The position numbers and the translations under genes were made by a program. This document shows, in pieces, positions 9,137-18,588 of a stretch of 64,000 bases of DNA (its first letter is position 1; the number at the start of each line of letters is the position of its first letter). The stretch comes from Candidatus Giovannonibacteria bacterium RIFCSPLOWO2_02_FULL_45_28 (GTDB taxonomy: Bacteria; Patescibacteriota; Minisyncoccia; UBA11713; 2-01-FULL-45-33): contig MFIM01000009.1 of assembly GCA_001780725.1 (NCBI GenBank), positions 656-64,655 of the forward strand, read 5' to 3'. The notes beneath the pieces are model-generated. The model did no database searches. It was not told where the DNA came from and saw only the letters and a program-made list of their open reading frames with translations.

Positions 9137-9250
9137 ATGAGAGTAAGAGCTTCGGTAAAACCAAGATGCAATAAGTGCAAGGTCGTACGCAGAAGCGGAC
9201 GAGTTTTTATAACTTGTCCGAATCCGAAGCACAAACAGAGGCAAGGGTAA
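9137..9250 (+). CDS. rpmJ: ribosomal protein L36
   Basis: Missing from the ORF track (37 aa): [37 protein letters not shown]. Confidence 0.85.
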   Translation: MRVRASVKPRCNKCKVVRRSGRVFITCPNPKHKQRQG

Positions 9251-9251
9251 C

Positions 9252-9638
9252 ATGGTTAGAATCGCAGGAGTAAATATTCCGGATAACAAAAAGATACCAG
9301 TCGCGCTGTCGTATATTTACGGCGTGGGACAGCCTTTGGCTCTGAAAATTTTAATGTCCGCGAAGGTGGATCCGAAAAGGCGCGCCAAAGATTTGTCGTC
9401 CCAAGAAGTCGGGAGGCTCCGCGACATTATTGAAAAAGACCATAAAGTTGAAGGCGAACTTAGGCGCGAAATAATTTTAAATATTAAAAGATTAAAAGAT
9501 ATTAAGTCGTACCGCGGGCTTCGGCATGCGCGCGGTTTGCCAACCAGAGGCCAGCGGACAAAGACCAATTCGCGCACGAGGCGCGGCAATGTCCGCAAAA
9601 CAATGATGTCTGGCAAACGCAAACTGGAGAAAAAATAA
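9252..9638 (+). CDS. rpsM: ribosomal protein S13
   Basis: [26 protein letters not shown].. Confidence 0.9.
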   Translation: MVRIAGVNIPDNKKIPVALSYIYGVGQPLALKILMSAKVDPKRRAKDLSSQEVGRLRDIIEKDHKVEGELRREIILNIKRLKDIKSYRGLRHARGLPTRGQRTKTNSRTRRGNVRKTMMSGKRKLEKK

Positions 9639-9648
9639 AGGAATTGGC

Positions 9649-9663
9649 CCACGCTCGGCGTGG
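9649..9663 (+). other. hairpin CCACGC-TCG-GCGTGG after rpsM
   Basis: 6-bp stem, 3-nt loop. The same motif class recurs after rpsI. Confidence 0.35.
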
Positions 9664-9820
9664 TTGCCAAACCTTTACCCGCCTAAATTTTTTATAACAA
9701 ATGTATTACAATAAACGATGATAAAACAAATAAACAATCAAACGAGATATATAATGCCCAGTAAAAAATTATGGCGGGTGCTCAATTTTATTAACTCGCT
9801 AAAGCTCGTATAAAATTGGC

Positions 9821-10255
9821 ATGGGAAAAAAACGCATAATTCAAAAAGTTGATCTTACAACCGAAGCCGGCCGCGCTTCGGCAGTTAAGCTTACGCAGAC
9901 AAAAAAGAAAATTTCCGAGGGTACTGCGCACATACTGTCAACTTACAATAATACAATTATTTCGGTTGCGGACCCGAGGGGAGATGTTGTTTTGTCGTCC
10001 AGCGCTGGCGCTTTGGGTTTTTCCGGCGCAAAAAAGGGCACGCCCTATGCCGCAACCAAAGTCGCGGAATTTTTAGGTGAAAAAGCCAAAGCGATGGGAT
10101 TAAAGAATTTGAATATTTTAGTAAAGGGTGTTGGCGCGGGCCGCGATGCGGCTTTAAGGTCGTTGATCGCGCAAGGTTTTGATATTCATTCTATCCGCGA
10201 TATCACGCCGATTCCCCATAATGGTCCGCGCCAGCCTAAACCAAGACGAGTATGA
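9821..10255 (+). CDS. rpsK: ribosomal protein S11
   Basis: GTAHILSTYNNTIISVADPRGDVVLSSSAGALGFSGAKKGTPYAA. An unusual 183-bp AT-rich spacer separates it from rpsM. Confidence 0.9.
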   Translation: MGKKRIIQKVDLTTEAGRASAVKLTQTKKKISEGTAHILSTYNNTIISVADPRGDVVLSSSAGALGFSGAKKGTPYAATKVAEFLGEKAKAMGLKNLNILVKGVGAGRDAALRSLIAQGFDIHSIRDITPIPHNGPRQPKPRRV

Positions 10256-10860
10256 GAAGTATTGCAAATTGTAAAACTTGCAGGAGGCTTGGCATGTCCG
10301 TGTGCGGGCGCGAGAAATGCGCGTTTAAACGCAAGCCCTATCCGCCCGGGGTTCACGGTAAGGCATTTAGAAGAGGGCTGTCCGAATTCGGAGCCGAACT
10401 CAAAGACAAGCAGCGCGTTAAGTTTCTTTACGGCCTTCGTGAACGCCAATTTGAAAATTACGTTCTTTCCGCAATTGCGCAAAGCGCTATGCCGACCGAC
10501 GAAGCAATTGTTGCAAAATTAGAAATGCGTCTGGATAATGTTGTTTACCGTTTGGGGTTCGCAAAAACTCGGGCTGCGGCAAGGCAGTTGGTAAATCACG
10601 GCCACATTACAGTTAACGGCAAACGGGTTAATGCGCCATCATACCAAACAAAAATCGGAGATGAGATTCGTGTGAAGCAATCAAGCGCGCAAAAAGCCCT
10701 GTTTGCAGATTTAAGCACGACGTTAAAAAAATATTCTGCGCCGGCTTGGCTGGAATTAAATAAAACAGATTTTAGCGGCAAGGCGGTTGCGAGGCCGCCG
10801 GCGGGAGATTTTATTAAGTCTTATAATTTAAGTTCAATAGTCGAGTATTATTCGCGTTAA
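10252..10860 (+). CDS. rpsD: ribosomal protein S4
   Basis: RRLG..CGREKC..KRKPYPPGVHG and an S4 domain. Confidence 0.9.
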   Translation: MRSIANCKTCRRLGMSVCGREKCAFKRKPYPPGVHGKAFRRGLSEFGAELKDKQRVKFLYGLRERQFENYVLSAIAQSAMPTDEAIVAKLEMRLDNVVYRLGFAKTRAAARQLVNHGHITVNGKRVNAPSYQTKIGDEIRVKQSSAQKALFADLSTTLKKYSAPAWLELNKTDFSGKAVARPPAGDFIKSYNLSSIVEYYSR

Positions 10861-10877
10861 TTTTTTTAGAAATTTTT

Positions 10878-11780
10878 ATGGATTACGAAATTGTTTTGCC
10901 GTCGCACACCCGAGTTGTTTCTGAAGAGGAACAGAAGGGCACTTATGAAATAGACAGCCTTTATCCGGGCTACGGGCACACATTGGGCAATTCTTTGCGC
11001 CGCATTTTACTTTCTTCTTTGCCCGGCGCCGCGGTGACCAAAGTAAAAATAGAAGGGGCTAGCCACGAATTCACCACACTTCCAGGTATTTTGGAAGACG
11101 TGGTGACGATTTTGCTTAATATAAAACAACTGCGTTTTAAGCTTCACGGCGAAGGTCCTGAAACTGCCACACTGGAAGTCAAAGGCGCCAAAGAAGTGAG
11201 GGGTAAGGATATCAAATGCCCGACGCAACTGGAAGTGTTGAATAAAGATTTGCATATTGCGACACTGACAGAGAAAAATTCGCGTCTCTCAATAGAGTTT
11301 ACTGTTGAGCGTGGCATGGGCTTTGTGCCTTCCGAGGAGCTGATGAAAGACAAGGTGTCCGTGGGCGTGCTGGTGCTAGACGCGATATTTACGCCTATAA
11401 GGCGCGTAACTTACGAAATTGAGAACATGCGCGTCGGCGACCGAACCGACTATAACCGATTGAGGCTTTTTATTGAAACCGATGGCACGCTTTCTCCGCG
11501 GGAAGCCTTAAAATGCGCTTTGGCGGTTATGCGGAAACAAATTGAGCAGATTGAAACTTTTGAAGGCGAGATGGCTGCCATCGGTGCGGAGCAAACCGAA
11601 ACAAAAATGAAATTGTCAGCCAGAACAAGTAAGGCTTTGGCTGCCGCCGGCCTTAGCTCGCCGGAGGCGCTCGCCCAAAAATCGGAGGCAGAAATTAAAG
11701 AACTTGAAGGAATAGGCGATAAAGCGGTTTCTGAAATAAGGAAAGCGTTGGCGAAATTGGGATTAGCATTAAAAGAATAA
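10878..11780 (+). CDS. rpoA: DNA-directed RNA polymerase alpha subunit
   Basis: YGHTLGNSLRRILLSSLPGAAVTKVKIEGASHEFTTLPGILEDV. Confidence 0.9.
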   Translation: MDYEIVLPSHTRVVSEEEQKGTYEIDSLYPGYGHTLGNSLRRILLSSLPGAAVTKVKIEGASHEFTTLPGILEDVVTILLNIKQLRFKLHGEGPETATLEVKGAKEVRGKDIKCPTQLEVLNKDLHIATLTEKNSRLSIEFTVERGMGFVPSEELMKDKVSVGVLVLDAIFTPIRRVTYEIENMRVGDRTDYNRLRLFIETDGTLSPREALKCALAVMRKQIEQIETFEGEMAAIGAEQTETKMKLSARTSKALAAAGLSSPEALAQKSEAEIKELEGIGDKAVSEIRKALAKLGLALKE

Positions 11781-11790
11781 GCAACTGACT

Positions 11791-12129
11791 ATGGCGCGCA
11801 AATTCCACCGTGAAAAAAAACAAAGGCGGGCGCTGCTCAAAAGCCTTGCGGTGGCTTTGATAATGAAAGGCAAGATTAGAACTACGCTGGCGCGGGCTAA
11901 AGAACTCCGTAGCACTGTTGAAGGACTGGTGACGCATGTCAAAAGGCATGCTGCTCCTGGCGCAGAATACCGCGAAATCAGAAAATTTTTACCTAAAGCC
12001 GCAGCCGGAAAATTAGTAAAAGAAATAGCGCCTAAACATAAAGACAGGAACGGCGGATACACAAGGATTATTAAATTGCTCCCGCGCTCGGGAGACGCGG
12101 CGAAAATGGCTTTTATAGAGTTCGTATAA
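11791..12129 (+). CDS. rplQ: ribosomal protein L17
   Basis: Position after rpoA; basic, 112 aa, GGYTRIIKL. Confidence 0.9.
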   Translation: MARKFHREKKQRRALLKSLAVALIMKGKIRTTLARAKELRSTVEGLVTHVKRHAAPGAEYREIRKFLPKAAAGKLVKEIAPKHKDRNGGYTRIIKLLPRSGDAAKMAFIEFV

Positions 12130-12136
12130 AAAATTT

Positions 12137-12496
12137 ATGAGCAAAGACATAATGATTGACGCTAAAGGGAAAAGATTGGGAAGGATAGCTTCTGGGACGG
12201 CTTTTGCTTTGCGCGGAAAAACCAAAGCTGATTTTTTGCCGCATAACACTGTTTTGCCCAAAGTGGTTGTAAAAAACGCCGACGCAGTTGATTTTTCCGA
12301 AAAAAAGCTGAAAGAGAAAAAATTTTGGAGATATTCAGGTTATCCCGGCGGAATGAAGCTCAAAAGCGCGCATGAAGTTGCTCAAAAAGACAAACGCGAA
12401 GTTTTGCGCCGCGCCGTTTTGGGGATGTTGCCGCATAACCGCTTGAGAAAAATTATGATTAAAAATTTAATAATTTACCATGGCGAAGACAAATAA
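12137..12496 (+). CDS. rplM: ribosomal protein L13
   Basis: IDAKGKRLGRIAS.., 119 aa. Confidence 0.9.
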   Translation: MSKDIMIDAKGKRLGRIASGTAFALRGKTKADFLPHNTVLPKVVVKNADAVDFSEKKLKEKKFWRYSGYPGGMKLKSAHEVAQKDKREVLRRAVLGMLPHNRLRKIMIKNLIIYHGEDK

Positions 12497-12926
12497 GGAA
12501 AAACCCGCCCAGCCGCCAGCGAGGTATTTTGAAGCGGTCGGCCGCAGGAAAACTTCCGTTGCCCGCGTCAGGCTTTTTTCCGCAAAAGGCGGAAAGGAAA
12601 AAGAGCCAATTGATATCAATGTCAATAACAGGCCTCACACTTCTTATTTCCCGACTCCGACACTCAAAAAAATCGCAGAGGAAGCTTTGCGGGCCGCGCA
12701 CGCCGATGGCAGTTACCGGGTTTCCGCCAAAATTTCGGGCGGGGGAATCCATTCGCAGGCGGAAGCCATGCGCCATGGCATTTCCCGCGCGCTTTTAAAA
12801 ATTGATTCGGAGAACAGAAAAATTTTAAAACCGTTGGGATTCCTAAAACGCGATCCGCGAATGAAAGAACGCCGCAAATTCGGCCTCAAAAAAGCAAGAA
12901 AGGCCCCGCAATGGGCGAAACGCTAA
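12480..12926 (+). CDS. rpsI: ribosomal protein S9
   Basis: GRRKTSVARVRL.. and a C-terminal ..KKARKAPQWAKR. Overlaps rplM by 17 nt. Confidence 0.9.
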   Translation: MAKTNKEKPAQPPARYFEAVGRRKTSVARVRLFSAKGGKEKEPIDINVNNRPHTSYFPTPTLKKIAEEALRAAHADGSYRVSAKISGGGIHSQAEAMRHGISRALLKIDSENRKILKPLGFLKRDPRMKERRKFGLKKARKAPQWAKR

Positions 12927-12954
12927 GCGTTTCGATTGCCACGCTGAGCGTGGC
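12917..12954 (+). other. tandem small hairpins after rpsI (CGAAACGC-TAA-GCGTTTCG and GCCACGC-TGA-GCGTGGC)
   Basis: Read directly. The second matches the CCACGC-N3-GCGTGG motif after rpsM. No T-run follows. Confidence 0.35.
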
Positions 12955-13020
12955 GAAGAGATAGCTCTTGACACGGCAACCTTTAATATGCTATCTCTGA
13001 TTTAGAGGAGGTGAAAAAAT

Positions 13021-13206
13021 ATGTCAAACCCGGTTGATAGAGTCGCGGCGGCAATTTCTAAGGTATGCCGCCAAAAAGAGAAAGAGGCGGAGAGGATGTC
13101 GCAGGCCAACGAACCTGTGAACATTGTGGACGGAAGTTATTTTAAAAAGCTTGAAGCAGAGCTTCAGCTTGCATGCCGCACAGCTCTTGAGCACGAAAAG
13201 GAGTAA
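13021..13206 (+). CDS. hypothetical small protein
   Basis: Strong GAGGAGG RBS; 61 aa. Confidence 0.45.
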   Translation: MSNPVDRVAAAISKVCRQKEKEAERMSQANEPVNIVDGSYFKKLEAELQLACRTALEHEKE

Positions 13207-13208
13207 AA

Positions 13209-13619
13209 ATGGCTGATTGGAGAGATGGAATAACTTTTCCGATGCCAAGAATCTACGTTCCAGACGAAGATTTTATCGGCAAAAAAGTTACATTGCGCAG
13301 ATGTGAATTTCATGATCATTTGGATCCGGCGGAGGGGTACACCAGAGAAGAAGTCAGTTTGACTGGGAATTGCAATTGCGAATTAAAAGGCAAGCCTCTG
13401 ACTATTACTGGAATGAAAGAAACGCTTCGTGCAAACTTTTATCACAGCACTTGCTATACAGTCGCGGAATCTCAAAACTTGGTTCACGAATTTGAATTTT
13501 CTGATGAAGATGAAAAGCCTGAAGTAATTACTGGATATATTATTGAAGGAGAGCCAAACAAATTTCTTACAGCAGGATTTAATTATGCCGAGAAAAAAGA
13601 TGTTGCCGAGGGCTGTTAA
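13209..13619 (+). CDS. hypothetical Cys/His-containing protein
   Basis: AAGGAG RBS and a 3-nt gap to the upstream ORF. CEFHDH..CNCELKG could bind metal. Terminator downstream. Confidence 0.5.
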   Translation: MADWRDGITFPMPRIYVPDEDFIGKKVTLRRCEFHDHLDPAEGYTREEVSLTGNCNCELKGKPLTITGMKETLRANFYHSTCYTVAESQNLVHEFEFSDEDEKPEVITGYIIEGEPNKFLTAGFNYAEKKDVAEGC

Positions 13620-13682
13620 CCTGGGAAGAGCTCCGAGAAAAAATTCTTATAAAGTAAAGCTGTAAAACCCGCCAAAACCAAA

Positions 13683-13710
13683 AGCGCCCGATTAGGGCGC
13701 TGTTTCGTTG
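13683..13710 (+). terminator. intrinsic terminator candidate
   Basis: AGCGCCC-GATT-AGGGCGCT stem followed by GTTTCGTTG. Confidence 0.45.
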
Positions 13711-13716
13711 CTAAAT

Positions 13717-13745
13717 TTGCAATAGAAACCGTTTAGGTGTTTATA
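13717..13745 (+). promoter_or_regulatory. sigma70-like promoter for hrcA (-35 TTGCAA, 17-nt spacer, -10 TTTATA)
   Basis: Boxes read directly. CIRCE starts 4 nt downstream of the -10. Confidence 0.5.
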
Positions 13746-13748
13746 GCG

Positions 13749-13775
13749 TTAGCAGTCTTGTATTGAGAGTGCTAA
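13749..13775 (+). promoter_or_regulatory. CIRCE operator (HrcA binding site)
   Basis: TTAGCAGTC-N9-GAGTGCTAA against the consensus TTAGCACTC-N9-GAGTGCTAA: one mismatch. Confidence 0.8.
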
Positions 13776-13803
13776 TTTGTTAAGATGGATATAATTCAAA
13801 TCA

Positions 13804-14541
13804 ATGCCACTTTTAGACAGCCGAAAAGAGGATATTTTGGGGTTTGTTGTGCGGGATTTTGTCCGGACGGCTTTTCCGGTTTCTTCCAATGCCGTGTTCG
13901 GAGGTTTGAGGCTGGAGGTAAGTCCGGCTACCATCCGTAATATTATGCTGGAGCTGGACGATATGGGATATCTTTACCAGCCGCACACTTCCGCGGGCCG
14001 CGCCCCCACGGAAAAAGGGTATCGCTACTTTACTCTGCATTTAATGTCTGTAAAACAGCCGGAAGTTGAAATGAGGACGCGGCTGGATAAAATTGTTGAG
14101 AATATGGAGCGGGAAACAGACTCGGCTTTTGAGGAGCTTTCGCGCGCGCTGTCCAGCCATCTTAAACTTTTTTCCGGAATTGGCCTTTTGGATGAAGATG
14201 AAAAAATTTTTGGGAAAGGGCTTTCCGAAGTTTTCCGCGCTCCGGAGTTCGCAGAGCCAAACTTGGCCGCGGAATTCGCAGATTTTGCGGAAAACATTGA
14301 AGAAAATTTGCTGGATTTAAACAGGCGCGGAGTAACAGAGCATGATCTTGAGCCGACTTTCCATGTTAGCGGTTTCGGGATGGCAAGCGTGTTTTTTGAC
14401 GATGACGAGTTTGGCAGATGCGCTGTTTTTTCAGCAGGACCCAAAAGGATGAATTACGAAAAATCTGCTTCCGTATTAAAATACACGGCAAAAGATATTA
14501 AGAGTAAAAATAAAAAAAATGCCAGACGAAGAAATAATTGA
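13804..14541 (+). CDS. hrcA: heat-inducible transcriptional repressor HrcA (short, 245 aa)
   Basis: N-terminal wHTH ..SPATIRNIMLELDDMGYLYQPHTSAGRAPTEKGYRYF. Confidence 0.8.
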   Translation: MPLLDSRKEDILGFVVRDFVRTAFPVSSNAVFGGLRLEVSPATIRNIMLELDDMGYLYQPHTSAGRAPTEKGYRYFTLHLMSVKQPEVEMRTRLDKIVENMERETDSAFEELSRALSSHLKLFSGIGLLDEDEKIFGKGLSEVFRAPEFAEPNLAAEFADFAENIEENLLDLNRRGVTEHDLEPTFHVSGFGMASVFFDDDEFGRCAVFSAGPKRMNYEKSASVLKYTAKDIKSKNKKNARRRNN

Positions 14542-15028
14542 AAACGAAGTTGTAGAAGAGGAGGGGCTGGGCGATAAATTAAAAAAGTTGCGCGAAGAAT
14601 TAAAACTTTGCCACAAAGAAAAATCGGAGTATCTAGCGGGCTGGCAGAGGGCGAAGGCGGATTTTATAAACGCAAGAAAAGACGAAGAAAAAGCCAGAGC
14701 AGAATTCGCCAAATTTGCCGCGGAGAAAGTTTTAGGGGAGATGCTGGCTGTAGCTGATTCGCTGCTTGCCCGCCACAGCTTTAGCGAAGGCGGGGAGGAT
14801 CCGATTTACAATCAATTGCTTGATATTTTTAAAAAAGAAGGCGTTGAGCCGATTGAGGCGCTCGGTAAAGGGTTTGATCCGCTTTATCATGAAGCTTTAG
14901 AACAGGTTGAGGTTCCCCAAAAAGAAAAAGACGGGACGGTTTTGGAAGAGATGCAAAAAGGGTACACTATTTATAACAGGGTTCTGCGGCCAGCTAAAGT
15001 AAAAATCGGAATTTATAAAAATATATGA
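14519..15028 (+). CDS. grpE: nucleotide exchange factor GrpE
   Basis: RAKADFINARKD.., VLGEMLAVADSL, and a C-terminal beta domain. Confidence 0.85.
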   Translation: MPDEEIIENEVVEEEGLGDKLKKLREELKLCHKEKSEYLAGWQRAKADFINARKDEEKARAEFAKFAAEKVLGEMLAVADSLLARHSFSEGGEDPIYNQLLDIFKKEGVEPIEALGKGFDPLYHEALEQVEVPQKEKDGTVLEEMQKGYTIYNRVLRPAKVKIGIYKNI

Positions 15029-16095
15029 ATAAAGAGGAAACAACTAAATATATTCCGGAAGAATCAGAATCAAAAATAAATGTTGATTTTGACGCGCTTA
15101 TTGCGGAATGCGACAGATTGCGAAGCGTGCCCAAAATGTCGCCGAAAGAAATTCATTATGTCTTGAAACAATATGAAAAAATCAATTCCGAATCAGTGGA
15201 CACCGCATTTGAAGCGGACAAAAAATTACTTTCTTTAGTGGTGGATAGGATAGCAAAAGAATGCGGAGAGACAGGATCTTTGTCTATTTATGATAACGCA
15301 ATTCAGCTTATAACCAAAAAATCCATTAAGAAGTTTGAAGAAATATTTGCGGAAAGCCCTCTTACGTCTGCAGTGTTTTTCCCTACTATGGGCGCCATTG
15401 GCTTCAGAGGGGCGGATGCCATGCGGTTACACAATCCAGGCTATTTGATTTACTCATTGGCGTCTTTTGGATCAGTCACGCAATTACAAAGTTTGCATCA
15501 CGAGTTTATTCATAGCAAACAAAGTTTTTTGCCCGAAGAAGAGGCGCTAATAGCTTTAAAAAATGACTTAAACGAATCGTGTTGGCATATTGCATATTAT
15601 GTGTCTCGAGCTTTATTGGGCTTAGGCCAAACAAAAGCCCAAAGAGGAATCGGGCGATTGAAAGAAAAGATTGCCGCAAAAGAAGAATTGGCGGAAACAC
15701 ATGCGTATATAGGAACTGCCAGACGAGATAATTTACAACTTTCATTTTCTGATTTTTTGAGAGACATGCAAACCGGCTACAGCTTCGGCGGGGAACCGAA
15801 AGAGATTGACCGGCTCATTTTAGCCAATTTTGAAGTAAAACGCCTTTATGCGCTTGGTCTTTCTGATGAGGAAATCGGCTTGCTGGTTCGCGACGCCAAG
15901 TGGGATTATAAAAAGAGGCGCTACGATATTTTAGATGAAAAAGCCGCGCAGATTATGAAAGAAAAGGATTTGGACGAGGAAGATGTTGACAACTTGGTTT
16001 TGGCAGACGACCTAAGGCGGCAAATTTTTATAAACAAAACGCAACTTATCGCGCAAGATGAATTAAAAAAGGCCGTAAAAAACTTGCAAAAATAA
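15025..16095 (+). CDS. hypothetical HExxH-motif protein (putative zinc metallopeptidase) embedded in the chaperone operon
   Basis: ATGA overlap with the grpE stop. LHHEFIHSKQ is an HExxH motif, with further Glu residues downstream. Confidence 0.5.
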   Translation: MNKEETTKYIPEESESKINVDFDALIAECDRLRSVPKMSPKEIHYVLKQYEKINSESVDTAFEADKKLLSLVVDRIAKECGETGSLSIYDNAIQLITKKSIKKFEEIFAESPLTSAVFFPTMGAIGFRGADAMRLHNPGYLIYSLASFGSVTQLQSLHHEFIHSKQSFLPEEEALIALKNDLNESCWHIAYYVSRALLGLGQTKAQRGIGRLKEKIAAKEELAETHAYIGTARRDNLQLSFSDFLRDMQTGYSFGGEPKEIDRLILANFEVKRLYALGLSDEEIGLLVRDAKWDYKKRRYDILDEKAAQIMKEKDLDEEDVDNLVLADDLRRQIFINKTQLIAQDELKKAVKNLQK

Positions 16096-16131
16096 TTATT
16101 AAATTATTAAAAAATTAATTAAAACAAAACT

Positions 16132-18012
16132 ATGAGTAAAATTTTAGGAATAGACTTGGGGACGACTAACTCGGCGATGGCGATTGTTGAGGGGGGTGTC
16201 CCGAAAATATTGGAAAACGCGGAAGGGGCGCGGACAACGCCTTCAATTGTGGCGTTTTCAAAATCGGGAGAAAGATTGGTCGGGCTTTTGGCGAAAAGGC
16301 AGGCGGTGACCAATCCCAGAAACACTATTTTTTCGGTAAAACGCTTAATCGGAAGGAAAGCGAGCGATGCGGAAGTGAAACGCGACAAAACCTTGCTCCC
16401 TTATGAGATTAAGGAATCCGCTAACGGCGGGGTGGAGGTTAAGATCAATGAAAAGTGGTACCGGCCGGAAGAGGTCTCCGCAATGATTTTGGCTAAATTA
16501 AAAGCGGACGCGGAGGCGAAACTCGGAGAAAAAATTGAAGATGCAATAATTACCGTGCCGGCTTATTTTGACGATTCGCAGAGACAAGCGACTAAGGCGG
16601 CCGGCGAGATTGCCGGGTTTAAAGTAAAAAGAATTTTAAACGAGCCGACCGCGGCTGCGCTGGCTTACGGCCTCAATAAAAAGCGGAACGAAAAAATCGT
16701 GGTTTATGATTTTGGCGGCGGGACTTTTGATCTGTCTGTTTTGGAGATCGGTGACGATACAATAGAAGTCCGCGCAACCGGCGGAGACACTCATTTGGGC
16801 GGGGATGATTTTGACCAAAAAATAATCCAGCATATCGCCGCGGAATTTAAAAAAGAATCGGGCATTGACGTAACTAAAGATGTTTTGGCGCTTCAGAGGC
16901 TGAAAGAGGCCGCGGAAAAAGCCAAGCATGAACTTTCAACCGCAATTGAGACGGAAATAAACATCCCATTTATCACATCCGACGCCTCCGGGCCGGTGCA
17001 TCTTCAGCAGAAAATGGCGAGAGCCAAACTGGAGGATTTGGTGCGCGACTTTTTGGATAAATCTTTTGAGATTACAAAAAATGTCGTTCGGGAAGCGAAA
17101 TTTGAACTAAAAGACATTGATGAAATTGTGTTGGTGGGCGGACAGACAAGGATGCCCGCAATTCAGGAAGGAATTAAAAAACTTTTTGGCAAGGAAGCTA
17201 ACCTTTCCATTAACCCGGACGAAGTTGTTGCTGTTGGAGCGGCGGTTCAGGGTGGAATTTTGCAAGGGGACGTAAAAGACGTTTTGCTTTTGGACGTGAC
17301 CCCTCTTTCTTTGGGAATTGAAACCTTGGGAGGCGTTATGACAAAAATTATTGAAAAAAATACGACGGTGCCGGTTGCGCGTTCGCAGGTTTTTTCAACT
17401 GCGGCTGACAACCAAACCTCGGTTGAAATCCATGTTTTGCAGGGCGAGCGCGAGATGGCTGGCGACAACAAAACTCTGGGACGGTTCATTTTGGACGGAA
17501 TCCCGCCTTCTCCGAGGGGTATGCCGCAAGTTGAGGTATCTTTTGACATTGACGCCAACGGCATTTTATCGGTGAAAGCTAAGGACAAAGCCACAAACAA
17601 AGAGCAGTCCATCCGCATAGAGGCCTCCACGGGGCTTTCTAAAGACGAAATTGAAAAAATGAAGAGAGACGCCGAGGCGCATGCGGACGAAGATCGCCAG
17701 AAAAAAGAGCTGATTGAATCCAAAAATCGCGCGGATGCGCTGGTTTATACAGCGGAGAAATCTTTGCGAGACGCGGGGGACAAAGTTGAACAGGCGATAA
17801 AAGACGAAGTTAATCAAAAAATAGAAGCGCTTAAAAAAGCGAAAGAGGGAAACGATATTTCCGAAATCCGCAACGCCGAAACCGCTTTGGCACAATCCCT
17901 CTCAAAGATAGGAGAAGCGATGTATAAGCAGGGCGGCGCGCAAGGCGAAAAACCCGAAGAAAAAGGCCCGGACATTAAAGATGCCGATTTTAAGGAGGAG
18001 GGCGATAAGTAA
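16132..18012 (+). CDS. dnaK: molecular chaperone DnaK (Hsp70)
   Basis: [25 protein letters not shown], and a C-terminal EEVD-like acidic tail. Confidence 0.95.
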   Translation: MSKILGIDLGTTNSAMAIVEGGVPKILENAEGARTTPSIVAFSKSGERLVGLLAKRQAVTNPRNTIFSVKRLIGRKASDAEVKRDKTLLPYEIKESANGGVEVKINEKWYRPEEVSAMILAKLKADAEAKLGEKIEDAIITVPAYFDDSQRQATKAAGEIAGFKVKRILNEPTAAALAYGLNKKRNEKIVVYDFGGGTFDLSVLEIGDDTIEVRATGGDTHLGGDDFDQKIIQHIAAEFKKESGIDVTKDVLALQRLKEAAEKAKHELSTAIETEINIPFITSDASGPVHLQQKMARAKLEDLVRDFLDKSFEITKNVVREAKFELKDIDEIVLVGGQTRMPAIQEGIKKLFGKEANLSINPDEVVAVGAAVQGGILQGDVKDVLLLDVTPLSLGIETLGGVMTKIIEKNTTVPVARSQVFSTAADNQTSVEIHVLQGEREMAGDNKTLGRFILDGIPPSPRGMPQVEVSFDIDANGILSVKAKDKATNKEQSIRIEASTGLSKDEIEKMKRDAEAHADEDRQKKELIESKNRADALVYTAEKSLRDAGDKVEQAIKDEVNQKIEALKKAKEGNDISEIRNAETALAQSLSKIGEAMYKQGGAQGEKPEEKGPDIKDADFKEEGDK

Positions 18013-18015
18013 ATT

Positions 18016-18588
18016 ATGAAACGAGTTTTTATAGTTCATGGTTGGGATGGCTATCCGGAAGAGGGATGGTTTCCGTGGCTTAAAAAAGAACTTGAGTCGA
18101 AAAACTTTAAGGTTTTTGTTCCGCAACTTCCTGATTCCGCAAATCCGAGGATTGAGAAATGGGTTCCAGCTCTTGCGGGCACCGTTGGTGTTGCGGATGA
18201 GCAGACCTGTTTTGTTGGGCATAGTATTGGTTGCCAAACCATCGCTCGATATCTAGAAACCTTGTCTGAAGGACAAAAAGTTGGGGGCGCGGTGTTTGTT
18301 GCTGGTTTTTTTGAGCGAGTGAATCTTGAAGAAGATTTTAATGTGCAAGAAACTAGCCGCTTATGGCTTAAAGCGCCGCTTGATTTTAGTAAAGTGAAAT
18401 CGCATTTACCAAAAAGTATTGCCATTTTTTCTGATAATGATCCGTATGTTCCGCTCGATAACCAAAATGATTTTCGAGAAAAATTAGGTTCGGAGATTAT
18501 TGTAGAGAAATCAAAGGGTCATTTTAGCGGCCCGAGCGACGGCATTACTAAATTGCCAGTTGTTTTAGAATCTGTTTTGAAATTATGA
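18016..18588 (+). CDS. alpha/beta hydrolase, YdeN/RBBP9-like serine hydrolase
   Basis: GHSIG nucleophile elbow (CFVGHSIGC); 190 aa. Wedged between dnaK and dnaJ with 3-4-nt junctions. Confidence 0.55.
   Translation: MKRVFIVHGWDGYPEEGWFPWLKKELESKNFKVFVPQLPDSANPRIEKWVPALAGTVGVADEQTCFVGHSIGCQTIARYLETLSEGQKVGGAVFVAGFFERVNLEEDFNVQETSRLWLKAPLDFSKVKSHLPKSIAIFSDNDPYVPLDNQNDFREKLGSEIIVEKSKGHFSGPSDGITKLPVVLESVLKL

Noticed and set aside
17247-17895. Minus-strand ORFs of 109-158 aa inside dnaK
   Set aside because: Antisense to a near-certain Hsp70 gene.
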